NCBI GenBank assembly: GCA_048060725.1
Contig: JBGMQU010000001.1
Span: forward strand, 55,996 to 115,092
DNA from: Gemmatimonadota bacterium
GTDB lineage: Bacteria; Gemmatimonadota; Gemmatimonadetes; Palauibacterales; Palauibacteraceae
Length of the DNA stretch: 59,097 nucleotides
Direction: 5' to 3'
Shown piece by piece: positions 38,392 to 47,653 of this stretch. The notes under the pieces were generated by a model. It ran no database searches. It worked only from the letters and a program-made list of their open reading frames with translations, and was not told where the DNA came from. A program made the translations under genes and the position numbers. Position 1 is the first letter of the stretch. Every line of letters begins with the position of its first letter.

Positions 38392-39108
38392 ATGAAGTCC
38401 CGGGCGATGATCGGTTTGCTGGCGTCGGTGCTGTTCGTATCACCGCTGCACGCCCAGGACGATCTCGCCCGGGTTCGTTCGCGGTACGACGCGACGACGC
38501 TCGCCCAACTCGAGTTGATCATCAAAGACGCCGAGAACGATGGCGTCCCACGATCCCTCCTGGTCGAGAAGGCGCTCGAGGGGGTGGCCAAACGCATGCC
38601 CGAGGAGGTCGTGGTCGACGCGGTCGACGTATGGGCCGACGAGCTCCGGGCGGCTGTGGCCCTGCTGGGTCGAGGGACCGAGCCGGCGGGGCTCGCGAAG
38701 GTGGCCGAATCCATCCGTCATGGAGTCGACTCCGAGGTCATCCGCCGACTCGCCGGAGACTATCCGGCCGACTACCCGATCATGCTCCAGACCATCGACG
38801 ACTTCGTCCACGCGGGCGTCGAGTTCGAGGAGGCCGAGGCCATGGTGACGGATGCGGCCGAACGAGGATTCCGCGGAGAGGACGTCCTGACCATGTCGGC
38901 GATCCTCCGCCGACTCGTGCGCGAAGGCACGTCTCCGGTCGACGCGGCCGCCTCCATACGGTTGAACATGCGGCGCGGCGGTTTCCCAATTCCGCCTTCG
39001 CCGCCGCCGGGAGGATCGGAGTTTCCGACGAGGACCGGCGTCGGCCGGGTGATCCCGCCACCGCCGCCACCGCCGCCACTGCCGCCACTCCCAAGCGAGC
39101 CGACGTAG
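38392..39108 (+). CDS. Secreted helical hypothetical protein with Pro-rich tail
   Basis: Signal peptide ending LHA-Q; LVEKALEG; poly-Pro C-terminus. Confidence 0.75.
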   Translation: MKSRAMIGLLASVLFVSPLHAQDDLARVRSRYDATTLAQLELIIKDAENDGVPRSLLVEKALEGVAKRMPEEVVVDAVDVWADELRAAVALLGRGTEPAGLAKVAESIRHGVDSEVIRRLAGDYPADYPIMLQTIDDFVHAGVEFEEAEAMVTDAAERGFRGEDVLTMSAILRRLVREGTSPVDAAASIRLNMRRGGFPIPPSPPPGGSEFPTRTGVGRVIPPPPPPPPLPPLPSEPT

Positions 39109-39204
39109 CTGGCTGCAGGCCCGGGCTCCGGCGTATACTCCCGCCGCCCGTAGACCGCGAGCGACGCAGGCAAGCGAGCAGGCATTTCGTCAGGGAGCGC
39201 AGCG

Positions 39205-40269
39205 TTGTCCTCTCACACAACCGCCCGAATCGTCGGTACCGGCAGCTATTTGCCCGAGACGAGCATCGACAATTTTTCGCTGTACGCGAAGGACGAGTTA
39301 CGCGACTTCGATATTGACCGAGCCCGGGCGTCCATCCGAAAGGTCGACGGAGTGGACGCCCTCTCGGAGGAAGAGGTGTTCGATCGTTGGGTGCAGCAGG
39401 TGACCGGCATCCGGGCGCGTCGCGTGCTCGACCCCGAGAGCGGGTTCACCACGGAGGACATGTGCGCTCAGGCGTCGCTCCAGGCGCTCGATGCTGCGGG
39501 GATGGAGGCGACAGACCTGGACCTCGTCTACATGGCTTCGCTTACGTGCTCGGACGAAGTGCCCAACGGCGCGTGTACGGTGGCCCAACGGATCGGAGCT
39601 CCCGACCTCGGCGGCTACGTGCTGAACGCCGCGTGCGCCGGGTTTGTCTACGCGATGACGAGCGCGTGGGCCGCGATCGTGTCCGGCATCGCCGAGCACG
39701 TGCTCGTCGTATCGGGTGACGCGCTGTCACGCTACGTGGACTACGAGGACGCCCGGACGGCCGTCGTATTCGGAGACGGTGCGGGCGCCGTCGTGCTCTC
39801 GAAGACCAAGGGCGACCGCGGAGTGCTGGGTCGGCCCATCATGTCGGGGAAGTTCGATCGTGACCCCCTCTACATGGTTGGACAGGGGTGGGAGGAAGAG
39901 GACGAGCCGTTCCCGAAGCTCCACATGGAGGGGGGTCCGCGAATCCTCCGGCACGCGATCCACACCATGGCGAGGGCCGCGACGGATTCGATCGAAGCGG
40001 CCGGCCTCGGTTGGGACGATGTCGACATCGTGATCCCGCACCAGGCCAATCTCCGCATCACGATGGGTCTCGAGAAGCACCTCGACCTGGAGAGGGGACG
40101 GGTGGTACACAACATCCAGGAGCACGGGAACATGTCTGCGACTACCGTCTCGCTCACGCTCGACCAGATGATGCGGGGTCACCACGGCGAGGTGCCCGAC
40201 CCGGCAACGGTGGTGCTGACGGCGATTGGCGGCGGCTACACGGTGGCAGCGATGACACTCAGGGTCTGA
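39205..40269 (+). CDS. fabH: 3-oxoacyl-ACP synthase III family
   Basis: GTGSYLPE, NAACAG (Cys), FGDGAGA, PHQAN (His), HGNMS (Asn). Confidence 0.92.
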   Translation: MSSHTTARIVGTGSYLPETSIDNFSLYAKDELRDFDIDRARASIRKVDGVDALSEEEVFDRWVQQVTGIRARRVLDPESGFTTEDMCAQASLQALDAAGMEATDLDLVYMASLTCSDEVPNGACTVAQRIGAPDLGGYVLNAACAGFVYAMTSAWAAIVSGIAEHVLVVSGDALSRYVDYEDARTAVVFGDGAGAVVLSKTKGDRGVLGRPIMSGKFDRDPLYMVGQGWEEEDEPFPKLHMEGGPRILRHAIHTMARAATDSIEAAGLGWDDVDIVIPHQANLRITMGLEKHLDLERGRVVHNIQEHGNMSATTVSLTLDQMMRGHHGEVPDPATVVLTAIGGGYTVAAMTLRV

Positions 40270-41335
40270 TCGACACCGCCAGCACGGTCGGAAACAACCC
40301 GGGGAGCGTCTCCCAGCTAGAACCGTCCGGGCTCGCGTACACCTGACCGGTCGTCGTCCCGAAGACGACCCCGCTGGATGAGGCGGTCAGCCCATCGCGA
40401 AGGACCGAGACGTAGGCGTGCCGCTGCGGCAGACCGTCCGTTCGCGCGGTCCAGGACGCGCCGCCGTCGGTCGTTTCGTACACGCGAAGGCGGCCTTCGC
40501 AGACACACCGCATGTGGCTGCTCTCCTCCGGAATCACCCATGCGCGATTCGGGTCGTCGGGATCGAGTGCGACCCCGTACCCGAATTCGCTTGGCAGCCC
40601 TTCGGTGATTTCCGACCATGAGTTCCCCCGGTCTCGGCTCACATACACTCCGCAATGGTCCTGGCGATACAGCCGGTCGGGATCGGCGGGGTGAAGCCGA
40701 AGCGCGTGCGGGTTGTGTCCGGCGGGGCCCTCCGGGTCGGCGAGGTATCCGGCCCGAATCCCGTCGTTGATCGGGTGCCACGTCGCACCGCCGTCGTCGG
40801 TTCGGTAGCAACCGCCTGCCGAAACGGCAACAAACACCCGGTCGGCGTCGCGCGGGTCGATCTGGATCGAGTGGAGTGGTAGCCCCCCCCGTGCGACCTG
40901 CCAGGCCCGCCGTGTCGGATGGTGCTCGAGTCCAGGGACGAAGTCCCACCCGGCGACCGGATCGTCGGAGATGAACAGCGCGCCGGGGTCGGTTCCCAGG
41001 TGCCAGCGACGGGCGCCGGTGGCGGGGGCCGGACCAGGCGCGAGATGCCAGAGAGCGCGCACCTCGCGGTCGATCTCGTTCGGAAACCGGGGTGCGTCGA
41101 CCATCGACCACGTGGCGCCACGGTCGACCGTCCGGAACACGTGCGGTCCCCAGACGACGTGGTTCGCGGCCGCGTAGGCCGCCCCCTCATCGTCGGGGTC
41201 GAGAGCCACGTGATACACCTCGTACCCGGGCAGCCCCGGACCCTCGATTTGCCATTCTCCTCGGGGGTGGTCTCGCGTCACGATGAAAACGCCTTTTCGC
41301 GTCGCGATCCAGAGTTCGAGGGTACGGGCGTTCAT
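40259..41335 (-). CDS. BNR/YVTN-repeat beta-propeller protein
   Basis: ATRKG, repeated Asp-boxes (TVDRGATW, TDDGGATW, SRDRGNSW, TTDGGASW), QDHCG. Confidence 0.88.
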   Translation of the reverse strand: MNARTLELWIATRKGVFIVTRDHPRGEWQIEGPGLPGYEVYHVALDPDDEGAAYAAANHVVWGPHVFRTVDRGATWSMVDAPRFPNEIDREVRALWHLAPGPAPATGARRWHLGTDPGALFISDDPVAGWDFVPGLEHHPTRRAWQVARGGLPLHSIQIDPRDADRVFVAVSAGGCYRTDDGGATWHPINDGIRAGYLADPEGPAGHNPHALRLHPADPDRLYRQDHCGVYVSRDRGNSWSEITEGLPSEFGYGVALDPDDPNRAWVIPEESSHMRCVCEGRLRVYETTDGGASWTARTDGLPQRHAYVSVLRDGLTASSSGVVFGTTTGQVYASPDGSSWETLPGLFPTVLAVSIRP

Positions 41336-42591
41336 GCGCTTGCTTCGGGTCGAAAGAGCTCTCGTAGCGGAAGCATCTCGGCCATACCCCCGCGCTCGAC
41401 CCCCGACATGCCCTCAGGAAGGATCAGGAGCCCGTCGGCGATCATCGACGACAGCACGCCCGACCCCTGAGGGCCGGATAGTCGCACGGAGAGCACAGGG
41501 GGCGAATCGTCGACGAGTACGACGCGGAGGAACGAGACCACGTCGGCCGGACCCCGCACATCCTCCGCGACTCGACAAGGAATGGTGACCCGGCGGGTCG
41601 CCTGGAACCCCGCCATTCGGCGAATCGCGGGTCGCGCGAGGGCCTCGAAGGTCACCATGGCGGACACGGGGTTCCCGGGAACCCCCCAGAACGGTCGGCC
41701 GTCGAGCAGGCCGAAGAGCGTGGCGCTGCCCGGTCGCATCTTTACTCGCCAGAACGAGCGATCGAATCCGAGATCGTCGAGCACGCTCTTCACGTAATCG
41801 TGCTCGCCCACGCTTACGCCGGCCGCGGAGATGATGCCGTCGCATTCTGCTCCGGACTCGATGCGTCGACGCAGGCTTTCCGGATCATCGCGGGCGATGC
41901 CGAGCAGGACCGGCTCTCCGCCTGCCTCGATCACCTGGGCGGCCAATCCCGGACCGTTGGAGTTCGCGATCCGTCGGCCGGCGAGTACCTCGTCGAATTC
42001 GTGAGCGGCGGCGAGCTCGTCACCATTCGCCAGAATACCGATACGGGGTCGGCGGCCGACTCTCACGTCGTCTCTGCCGGTCATGGCGAGAAGCGCCACG
42101 GCCGCCGGCGTTATGGCCGAACCGCCGCTCAGTAGCGTGTCTCCGGACGCGATGTCCTCCGCCTTTGGGCGGATATGACGGGAGGCATCCGCATCGTCCA
42201 GGATCCTGACCTGTCCGCGGGATCCACCGTCGGTGTGCTCCACCCGCACGACCCCGGTCGCACCGTCGGGAACCGGCGCTCCGGTCATCACCCGCGCGGC
42301 CGTCCCGCGGCGGAGAGGACCGGCAGGGAATCGACCGGCCGCAATATCGTCGGAGATGGGAAGGATGACCGGGGCCGCCGGTGATGCCCCGGCGACATCG
42401 TCGGCGTGGACGGCGAAGCCATCCATCGCGCTGTTGTCCCACGGTGGATGATCGACTCGGGCCACGACCCGTTCGGCGAGTGCGCGCCCAAGGGCATCGG
42501 CGGCGGGAACGCGCTCCACGCCTGAGGGGCCCACGGTCGAGAGGATCGCCTCGAGCGCCGACTCGTAGGTGAGCCAGTCTGCATCGCCCAC
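41332..42591 (-). CDS. moeA: Molybdopterin molybdotransferase MoeA
   Basis: PPWDNSAMDGFA, MTGAPVP, NGDEL, GVSVG, PGNPVS, QGSG. Confidence 0.96.
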   Translation of the reverse strand: MGDADWLTYESALEAILSTVGPSGVERVPAADALGRALAERVVARVDHPPWDNSAMDGFAVHADDVAGASPAAPVILPISDDIAAGRFPAGPLRRGTAARVMTGAPVPDGATGVVRVEHTDGGSRGQVRILDDADASRHIRPKAEDIASGDTLLSGGSAITPAAVALLAMTGRDDVRVGRRPRIGILANGDELAAAHEFDEVLAGRRIANSNGPGLAAQVIEAGGEPVLLGIARDDPESLRRRIESGAECDGIISAAGVSVGEHDYVKSVLDDLGFDRSFWRVKMRPGSATLFGLLDGRPFWGVPGNPVSAMVTFEALARPAIRRMAGFQATRRVTIPCRVAEDVRGPADVVSFLRVVLVDDSPPVLSVRLSGPQGSGVLSSMIADGLLILPEGMSGVERGGMAEMLPLRELFRPEASA

Positions 42592-42599
42592 CAGGCCTT

Positions 42600-44126
42600 C
42601 TAGAATGGCGGCTCCCGTCCCTCGGGGTAGGCGGGTCCGTGGTACAACGACAGCTGCTCGACGAGAAGGTCCTCGAGCGCCGTGGCGACGCTGTTCGGCG
42701 AGTCGTATCCGTTGAGTAGCAGTGCGAACACGAGCGTCTCGCCGTCGCCGTCCTCGGCGTACCCCGCGAGTCCGCGCACGCCGGCCAGGGAGCCGGTCTT
42801 CGCCCGGACGGTTCGGCTGGCCGCCGTCGAGCGGAAGCGCCGAGACAGGGTCCCGTCTACGGATGCGATCGGGAGGGCGTCGAGATACACACGGAACCCG
42901 GGAAGCTGCGAGGTGCGGCGAAGGAGCCGCGCGAGTGCGGCCGGGGCGATTTCGCTGTACCGCGACATCCCCGACCCGTCCACGAGCGAGAAGGCGTCGG
43001 GTTCGATGCCCCAGGAGGAGAGCGTCGACTCGACGACGCTCAGGCCATCCTCAGCGGACCCGCGGCCCCCGATCGTTCCCAGAGTACGCAGCATCGTCTC
43101 GGCGATCTGGTTGTCCGAGAACTTCAACATGCGGCCGAGTGCCTCCGACAGCGGGGCCGAATTGAACGAGCGTTCCCAGGCGATGCGTCCCGGGTTCTCG
43201 AGTATGTCGGGTTGGCGCGTCGTCCCCGTGACCATGATTCCCGCGGCCTCCAGGGCGCGTTCGAGTTGGGCGAGGAAGTACCCGGTCGGGTGGGGCGGAG
43301 CCAGACCGAGCACGACCGGCCCGCCATCGACGGGAATCCAGCCGCGGAGCGCGACCTTGCCGCCCACCGCGTCGGGAACGTACTCGAGCTTCGCGTCGGA
43401 TCCGGGCGCCCCCGTTCGGACATCGTTTCGAATCGGGGGGGCGAGATCGGGTTCGGAAATCGACATCGACGCGGGATCGCCGACGACGGGTCCGGGCCGG
43501 ATCTCCGCGGCGATCCGGGCCGGGGAAAGCTGAAGAGCGCTCACGCCGGCGGCGGTCGAACCGTAGAGATCATCCCACATCCAGCCGCGACCCCAGGGTG
43601 CGCCCGCGAACGCGCGATCATCTCCGATCAGATCGCCAGCGATCCGGGTGATGCCGGCGGCCCGAATCGATCGGGCCACCGTCTCGAGCCTCTCGCGGCG
43701 AAACTGCGGATCGCCGGTGCCAACGACCCACAGATCTCCGTCGAGCGTGCCGTTGGCGATCGAACCCGCCGCCTGCACGACGGTTCGCCACCGGTAGTCC
43801 CCACCGAGTCGGCTGAGACCGACGGCGCCGGTCACGAGCTTGCTCGTGCTCGCGGCGGTAAACCGACGTTCCGCATTGTGCTCGAACAGAATCTCGCCGC
43901 TTTCCAACGCCAGGACGATCAGCCCGACGTGGGCCCGAAGCAACGCAGGGTCGCCGATGATTCGCGCCAGGTTCGTTCGCAGGGTGTTCAGATCTGCCGA
44001 AGCCGGCGGGCCGACAAACGACTCGGCCTCCGCCGGACGTTGCGCGAGCAGCGACGGCGCGGCGAACACGAGGGCCGTGAGCGCCCAGGCCCAGCGCGAC
44101 CCGGGTCGCCTCAGAAGTAGTACCAT
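42600..44126 (-). CDS. dacB: D-Ala-D-Ala carboxypeptidase/endopeptidase (PBP4, peptidase S13)
   Basis: ASTSK (SxxK), SDN, KTG; DGSGMSR. Confidence 0.95.
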   Translation of the reverse strand: MVLLLRRPGSRWAWALTALVFAAPSLLAQRPAEAESFVGPPASADLNTLRTNLARIIGDPALLRAHVGLIVLALESGEILFEHNAERRFTAASTSKLVTGAVGLSRLGGDYRWRTVVQAAGSIANGTLDGDLWVVGTGDPQFRRERLETVARSIRAAGITRIAGDLIGDDRAFAGAPWGRGWMWDDLYGSTAAGVSALQLSPARIAAEIRPGPVVGDPASMSISEPDLAPPIRNDVRTGAPGSDAKLEYVPDAVGGKVALRGWIPVDGGPVVLGLAPPHPTGYFLAQLERALEAAGIMVTGTTRQPDILENPGRIAWERSFNSAPLSEALGRMLKFSDNQIAETMLRTLGTIGGRGSAEDGLSVVESTLSSWGIEPDAFSLVDGSGMSRYSEIAPAALARLLRRTSQLPGFRVYLDALPIASVDGTLSRRFRSTAASRTVRAKTGSLAGVRGLAGYAEDGDGETLVFALLLNGYDSPNSVATALEDLLVEQLSLYHGPAYPEGREPPF

Positions 44127-44854
44127 AACGAGATGCCGAACTCGAAATTCATCAGCCACGCCTGGCTTTTCGGAGCCGGTGCCCCGGCCTCTTCGATGAT
44201 CTTGAGAATGGGAAGGAGCAGGAAGCCATCGGGTGCCGACTGGCGGATGAGGTGATCACGGACCTCGAACCCGATTCCGATCTTCTCTGATGCGAAGATC
44301 TCGGCCCCGAGGCCCACATACACCTGGGGGGCGGTCGCGATGTTGTATCGGAACGGCTCGAGCTGAGGGTCCGCGAAGACCTCCGAAGCTCCCTCGTTGA
44401 TGCCGAATACCCACCCCCCGCCGATCAACGCATAGGGGTGGATACCATGCCACGTTCGCGCCCCTGTAAGGCCGATTTGTGCTCCGAAATCCGCGCGCAA
44501 CCACCCGGCAGCCACGGTATCCACCACCGCGGGCCCGGTTTCGATGCGCGGGTCGACGACCCAGCGGTTCGCGAAACCGTAGGTGAGACCGGCATCGAAA
44601 CTCAGCGGGCTGCTGACCCGTGCGCGGAACTTGCCGCCCACCGCGTACGTCGGGCCCTGGCCAAATTGCAGATTCCCGCGATTCCCGGCGTGATACGCGT
44701 TCCACACGCTGATTCTCATGCCTCTTTCGCGCCAGCGGAACGGCGAATCGATGGTCTCCTGCTGGGCCGCCGCAGGCGAAGGGGCAAGCGTCAGAAGAAG
44801 GGGGAAGAGCAGTGCGAGTCGGACCCGGTATGCACGGGTCGCGCGGCTGATCAT
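44111..44854 (-). CDS. Outer membrane beta-barrel protein
   Basis: Signal peptide, alternating beta-strands, terminal aromatic (SLWYYF). Confidence 0.75.
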   Translation of the reverse strand: MISRATRAYRVRLALLFPLLLTLAPSPAAAQQETIDSPFRWRERGMRISVWNAYHAGNRGNLQFGQGPTYAVGGKFRARVSSPLSFDAGLTYGFANRWVVDPRIETGPAVVDTVAAGWLRADFGAQIGLTGARTWHGIHPYALIGGGWVFGINEGASEVFADPQLEPFRYNIATAPQVYVGLGAEIFASEKIGIGFEVRDHLIRQSAPDGFLLLPILKIIEEAGAPAPKSQAWLMNFEFGISLWYYF

Positions 44855-44948
44855 GCGGGGTTCGATTGACACTGGTTCCTGAGCGCTCCTATATATGCCC
44901 AATACGCGCTCCCGCAACGGATGCGGGACCGGGGCGGGGGGAATGTAG

Positions 44949-45998
44949 GTGGCGGACGGGGTCCTTTCCAGAAAAACGTTTTGCGCGACGCGATCGCGAC
45001 GCGCCGTGATCGCTGTCGGTGTGTTCGGGTTGCTCTCCGTCGTTTTCTCAACGACGACGCTCACAGCGCAGACTCATGAAGTCACCGTTGATGGCGAAAC
45101 GTTCCGAAAGACTGCCGACGGAAGACGTCTCGCCGACCTGGGACTAGGGCTGCAGGTGGAACTGGTTCGCTCGGCGGGGGCCTGGGTCGAGGTGTCGTTT
45201 GCGGGTTGGGTTCCCACGTCTGCGCTCGCGGCGACAAACCGGGAGGGCCATGACCGGATCATCACCCGTGTGGGCGGTCAGAATTTGCACGCGGCGCCGT
45301 CGGGCGGAGTGTCGGGCCGTCTGCTCCAGGGCCTTCTCCTCGATCATGTATCCGATCGCGACTCGTGGACTCAGGTGAGCAGATCCGGGTGGGTGAGGAT
45401 GAGTTCGCTCCGGCCGATTTCGGCTACCGACCGTTCGTTCGCTCGTCCCACGACGACCCCTGACGTCGAAAGACCGCCCGCGCTCGTCTCCTCTGGCCGC
45501 CGGTTGTTGATCGGCGAAGAGGCGATCGACGTGCTGGGGTCTCCGGATGGGGATACGGTCGCCGTCGTGCGATCCGGCACGCCGATAACGGTCGTAGAGC
45601 GGGGGAATTCGTGGACGCGCGTCCGCGTCGAGGGGTGGGTGCGCTCAGACCGACTCGTGACCACCGATCTGGATTCTGCCCTGGCCGAGGTGTCCGCCGC
45701 GAGTTTGCGCGCGAGTCCGGATGACTACGTCGGCCTCCGCCTGCGGTGGACCGTTCAGTTTGTGGCGTTGGAACGCGCGGAGCCGGAGCGCACGGATTTT
45801 TACGAGGGCGAGCCGTTCATCCTCGCGAGAGCGCCCGACCCGGCGGATGGGTTCGTCTACATGACGGTACCGCCGGACCTGCTCGCGGCAGTGGAGGGAC
45901 TGACGCCACTGGACATGATCGACGTGCTCGCCCTGGTGAGGACGGGCCGGTCGGCGTTGATGGGCGTTCCCGTGCTCGATCTTCTCGCGTTGTTTTGA
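44949..45998 (+). CDS. Secreted multi-SH3b domain protein
   Basis: Signal peptide; repeated W-x-x-V-x-x-x-GWV motifs. Start uncertain. Confidence 0.75.
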   Translation: MADGVLSRKTFCATRSRRAVIAVGVFGLLSVVFSTTTLTAQTHEVTVDGETFRKTADGRRLADLGLGLQVELVRSAGAWVEVSFAGWVPTSALAATNREGHDRIITRVGGQNLHAAPSGGVSGRLLQGLLLDHVSDRDSWTQVSRSGWVRMSSLRPISATDRSFARPTTTPDVERPPALVSSGRRLLIGEEAIDVLGSPDGDTVAVVRSGTPITVVERGNSWTRVRVEGWVRSDRLVTTDLDSALAEVSAASLRASPDDYVGLRLRWTVQFVALERAEPERTDFYEGEPFILARAPDPADGFVYMTVPPDLLAAVEGLTPLDMIDVLALVRTGRSALMGVPVLDLLALF

Positions 45999-46204
45999 TG
46001 AAGAGTCGGAAGAAGCGGACGAGACGTCCGATAACCGAGTCCGGCGTCGTTATGCCCGGGCCCCGCAAGACGACGGAATCACGAAAACGACGCATACGAA
46101 TCATCTGGGTCGTGACCGTGATCGTGATCATCGCGATCGGTTGGCTCGGATACCGGGAACTCGCGGGTTCCATCGATCGTACGGTGGAGTTCAGCGGCCC
46201 CTGA
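45998..46204 (+). CDS. Small single-TM protein
   Basis: TGATG coupling; basic N-terminus followed by IIWVVTVIVIIAIGWLGY. Confidence 0.65.
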   Translation: MKSRKKRTRRPITESGVVMPGPRKTTESRKRRIRIIWVVTVIVIIAIGWLGYRELAGSIDRTVEFSGP

Positions 46205-46230
46205 TACCGGGGCAGCCTCGCACGCCGCCC

Positions 46231-46270
46231 GGCGTTTACCCCCCACAGTCGGGCGTTTACCCCCACAGTC
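46231..46270. repeat. Tandem ~20-bp direct repeat
   Basis: GGCGTTTACCCCCCACAGTC followed by GGCGTTTACCCCCACAGTC (C6 vs C5). Confidence 0.85.
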
Positions 46271-46300
46271 TGTTGCGCGTCACAGCACGAAGGCTATGTT
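46270..46300 (+). promoter_or_regulatory. Candidate sigma70 promoter with overlapping CTGT-N8-ACAG (LexA-like) box
   Basis: CTGTtgcgcgtcACAG at 46270-46285; TTGCGC-N16-TATGTT. Confidence 0.5.
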
Positions 46301-46350
46301 CTCCGGCCCGACTTTCGGGGTTTATTCGGTTTCTGTTCTGGAGGGTCCTC

Positions 46351-47637
46351 ATGATCTCCCCCAAAATTCGACCTCGTGGCAGCCGGATGGCGCTGTGTAT
46401 CTGGTGGCCGGGGTTCGAGCTTCAACTCGAACGCGCACGGGCTCCCGACCTCGTTGGGCTCCCGCTCGCGTTGTCGGATGCCGGCGCGGGAACTCGACGC
46501 TTTATCGAGCAGGCATGCCCGATCGCCGCTGCCGAAGGCGTCCAGGCGGGGATCCCCGTCTCACAGGCGATCGCTCTGTGTCCCTCGATCGTCCTTCTCG
46601 AACAGGATCCGGATTTTTACGATGCCGCCCGCCAGCGCGTGCTCGATATTCTGAACGGGTGGAGCCCGGTCGTAGAACTTTCGGGCGACAGAGGACGACT
46701 GTTCGTCGGCGTCGACGGACTCGATCGGCTGTATGGTTCTCCAGAGAGACAACTCGACGATCTTCGTCGCCGTTTGAGAGAGCGGTTCCCCCCGCGGTTG
46801 CTCATCGACGTTCGGTTCGGCTATGCGCCGGGAAAGTTCGCCGCCTGGGTGGCGGCACGCGCAGCGCGCCCGGGAGATGACACGCTCATCATGCGCCAAC
46901 AACTCGCATCGTTTCTCTCGAGTCAGCCCGTCGACGTCCTCCCCGTATCGCCTCGCATGGTGCAGCGACTGAAGCGTCTCGGTGTCGAGCGGCTCGAGCG
47001 GCTGGTCCAGATTCCGGAGCCGGCGCTCGTAGCCCAGTTCGGCGCGGATGGACGGCGAGCGCTCGCGTGGGCTACCGGGGCGAGGGTCGATCCGGTCCAG
47101 CTTCAGCTGCCGGAGCGCCCGATCAAAATGTCGCTCGACTTCCCAGTACCCATCGGTCACCTCGAACTCCTGTATTCGGCGCTCGACCGGTTGTTGGGGA
47201 GGGCGCTCAAACGGTCGAGGAAGAGCGGCCGAAGCGTGCGGGGGGTCCGGCTCGGGGCCCGGCTGGAGGACGGCGGTTCCTGGGCGATTCGAGCGATTCT
47301 CAAGGATCCGACAAGCCGGATCGAAAGGTTGAGCGCATTTGTTCGTTCACGAATCTCGTTGTCGCCGCCCGGTAGAGCAGTCGAGGAGTTGACGCTGGAG
47401 TTCTTTCAATTTGGCCCCTCCGCATCTCAGTTCGATCTGTTCGATTCGAAGGGGAACGCGCCTCGCACCCGCGGATCGATCGAGACGAGCGAGGGCGACG
47501 TGCTTCCCGAGCTGCAGAGGGCGTCCCGTCTACTGAAGCTCCGTCTCGGTGAAGGGGTCCTCTTTCGTGTGCTCGAGCTCCAACCCGAGTCGAGAATTCC
47601 TGAGCGGCGACATGCCCTGATGGAACTCGCATCGTGA
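46351..47637 (+). CDS. imuB: ImuB-like inactive Y-family polymerase
   Basis: AAAEGVQAGIPVSQAIALCP, WSPVVE, VDGLDRLYG, LKRLGVERL, QFDLF clamp-binding-like motif. Confidence 0.88.
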   Translation: MISPKIRPRGSRMALCIWWPGFELQLERARAPDLVGLPLALSDAGAGTRRFIEQACPIAAAEGVQAGIPVSQAIALCPSIVLLEQDPDFYDAARQRVLDILNGWSPVVELSGDRGRLFVGVDGLDRLYGSPERQLDDLRRRLRERFPPRLLIDVRFGYAPGKFAAWVAARAARPGDDTLIMRQQLASFLSSQPVDVLPVSPRMVQRLKRLGVERLERLVQIPEPALVAQFGADGRRALAWATGARVDPVQLQLPERPIKMSLDFPVPIGHLELLYSALDRLLGRALKRSRKSGRSVRGVRLGARLEDGGSWAIRAILKDPTSRIERLSAFVRSRISLSPPGRAVEELTLEFFQFGPSASQFDLFDSKGNAPRTRGSIETSEGDVLPELQRASRLLKLRLGEGVLFRVLELQPESRIPERRHALMELAS

Positions 47638-47653
47638 CCCGCCTATTCGGGCG

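Noticed and set aside
39055-39093. CCG/CCA-rich low-complexity tract
   Set aside because: Fully explained by the poly-proline tail of the 38392-39108 protein.
46231-46270. Tandem repeat as a CRISPR array
   Set aside because: Two adjacent copies with no spacer and no cas genes.
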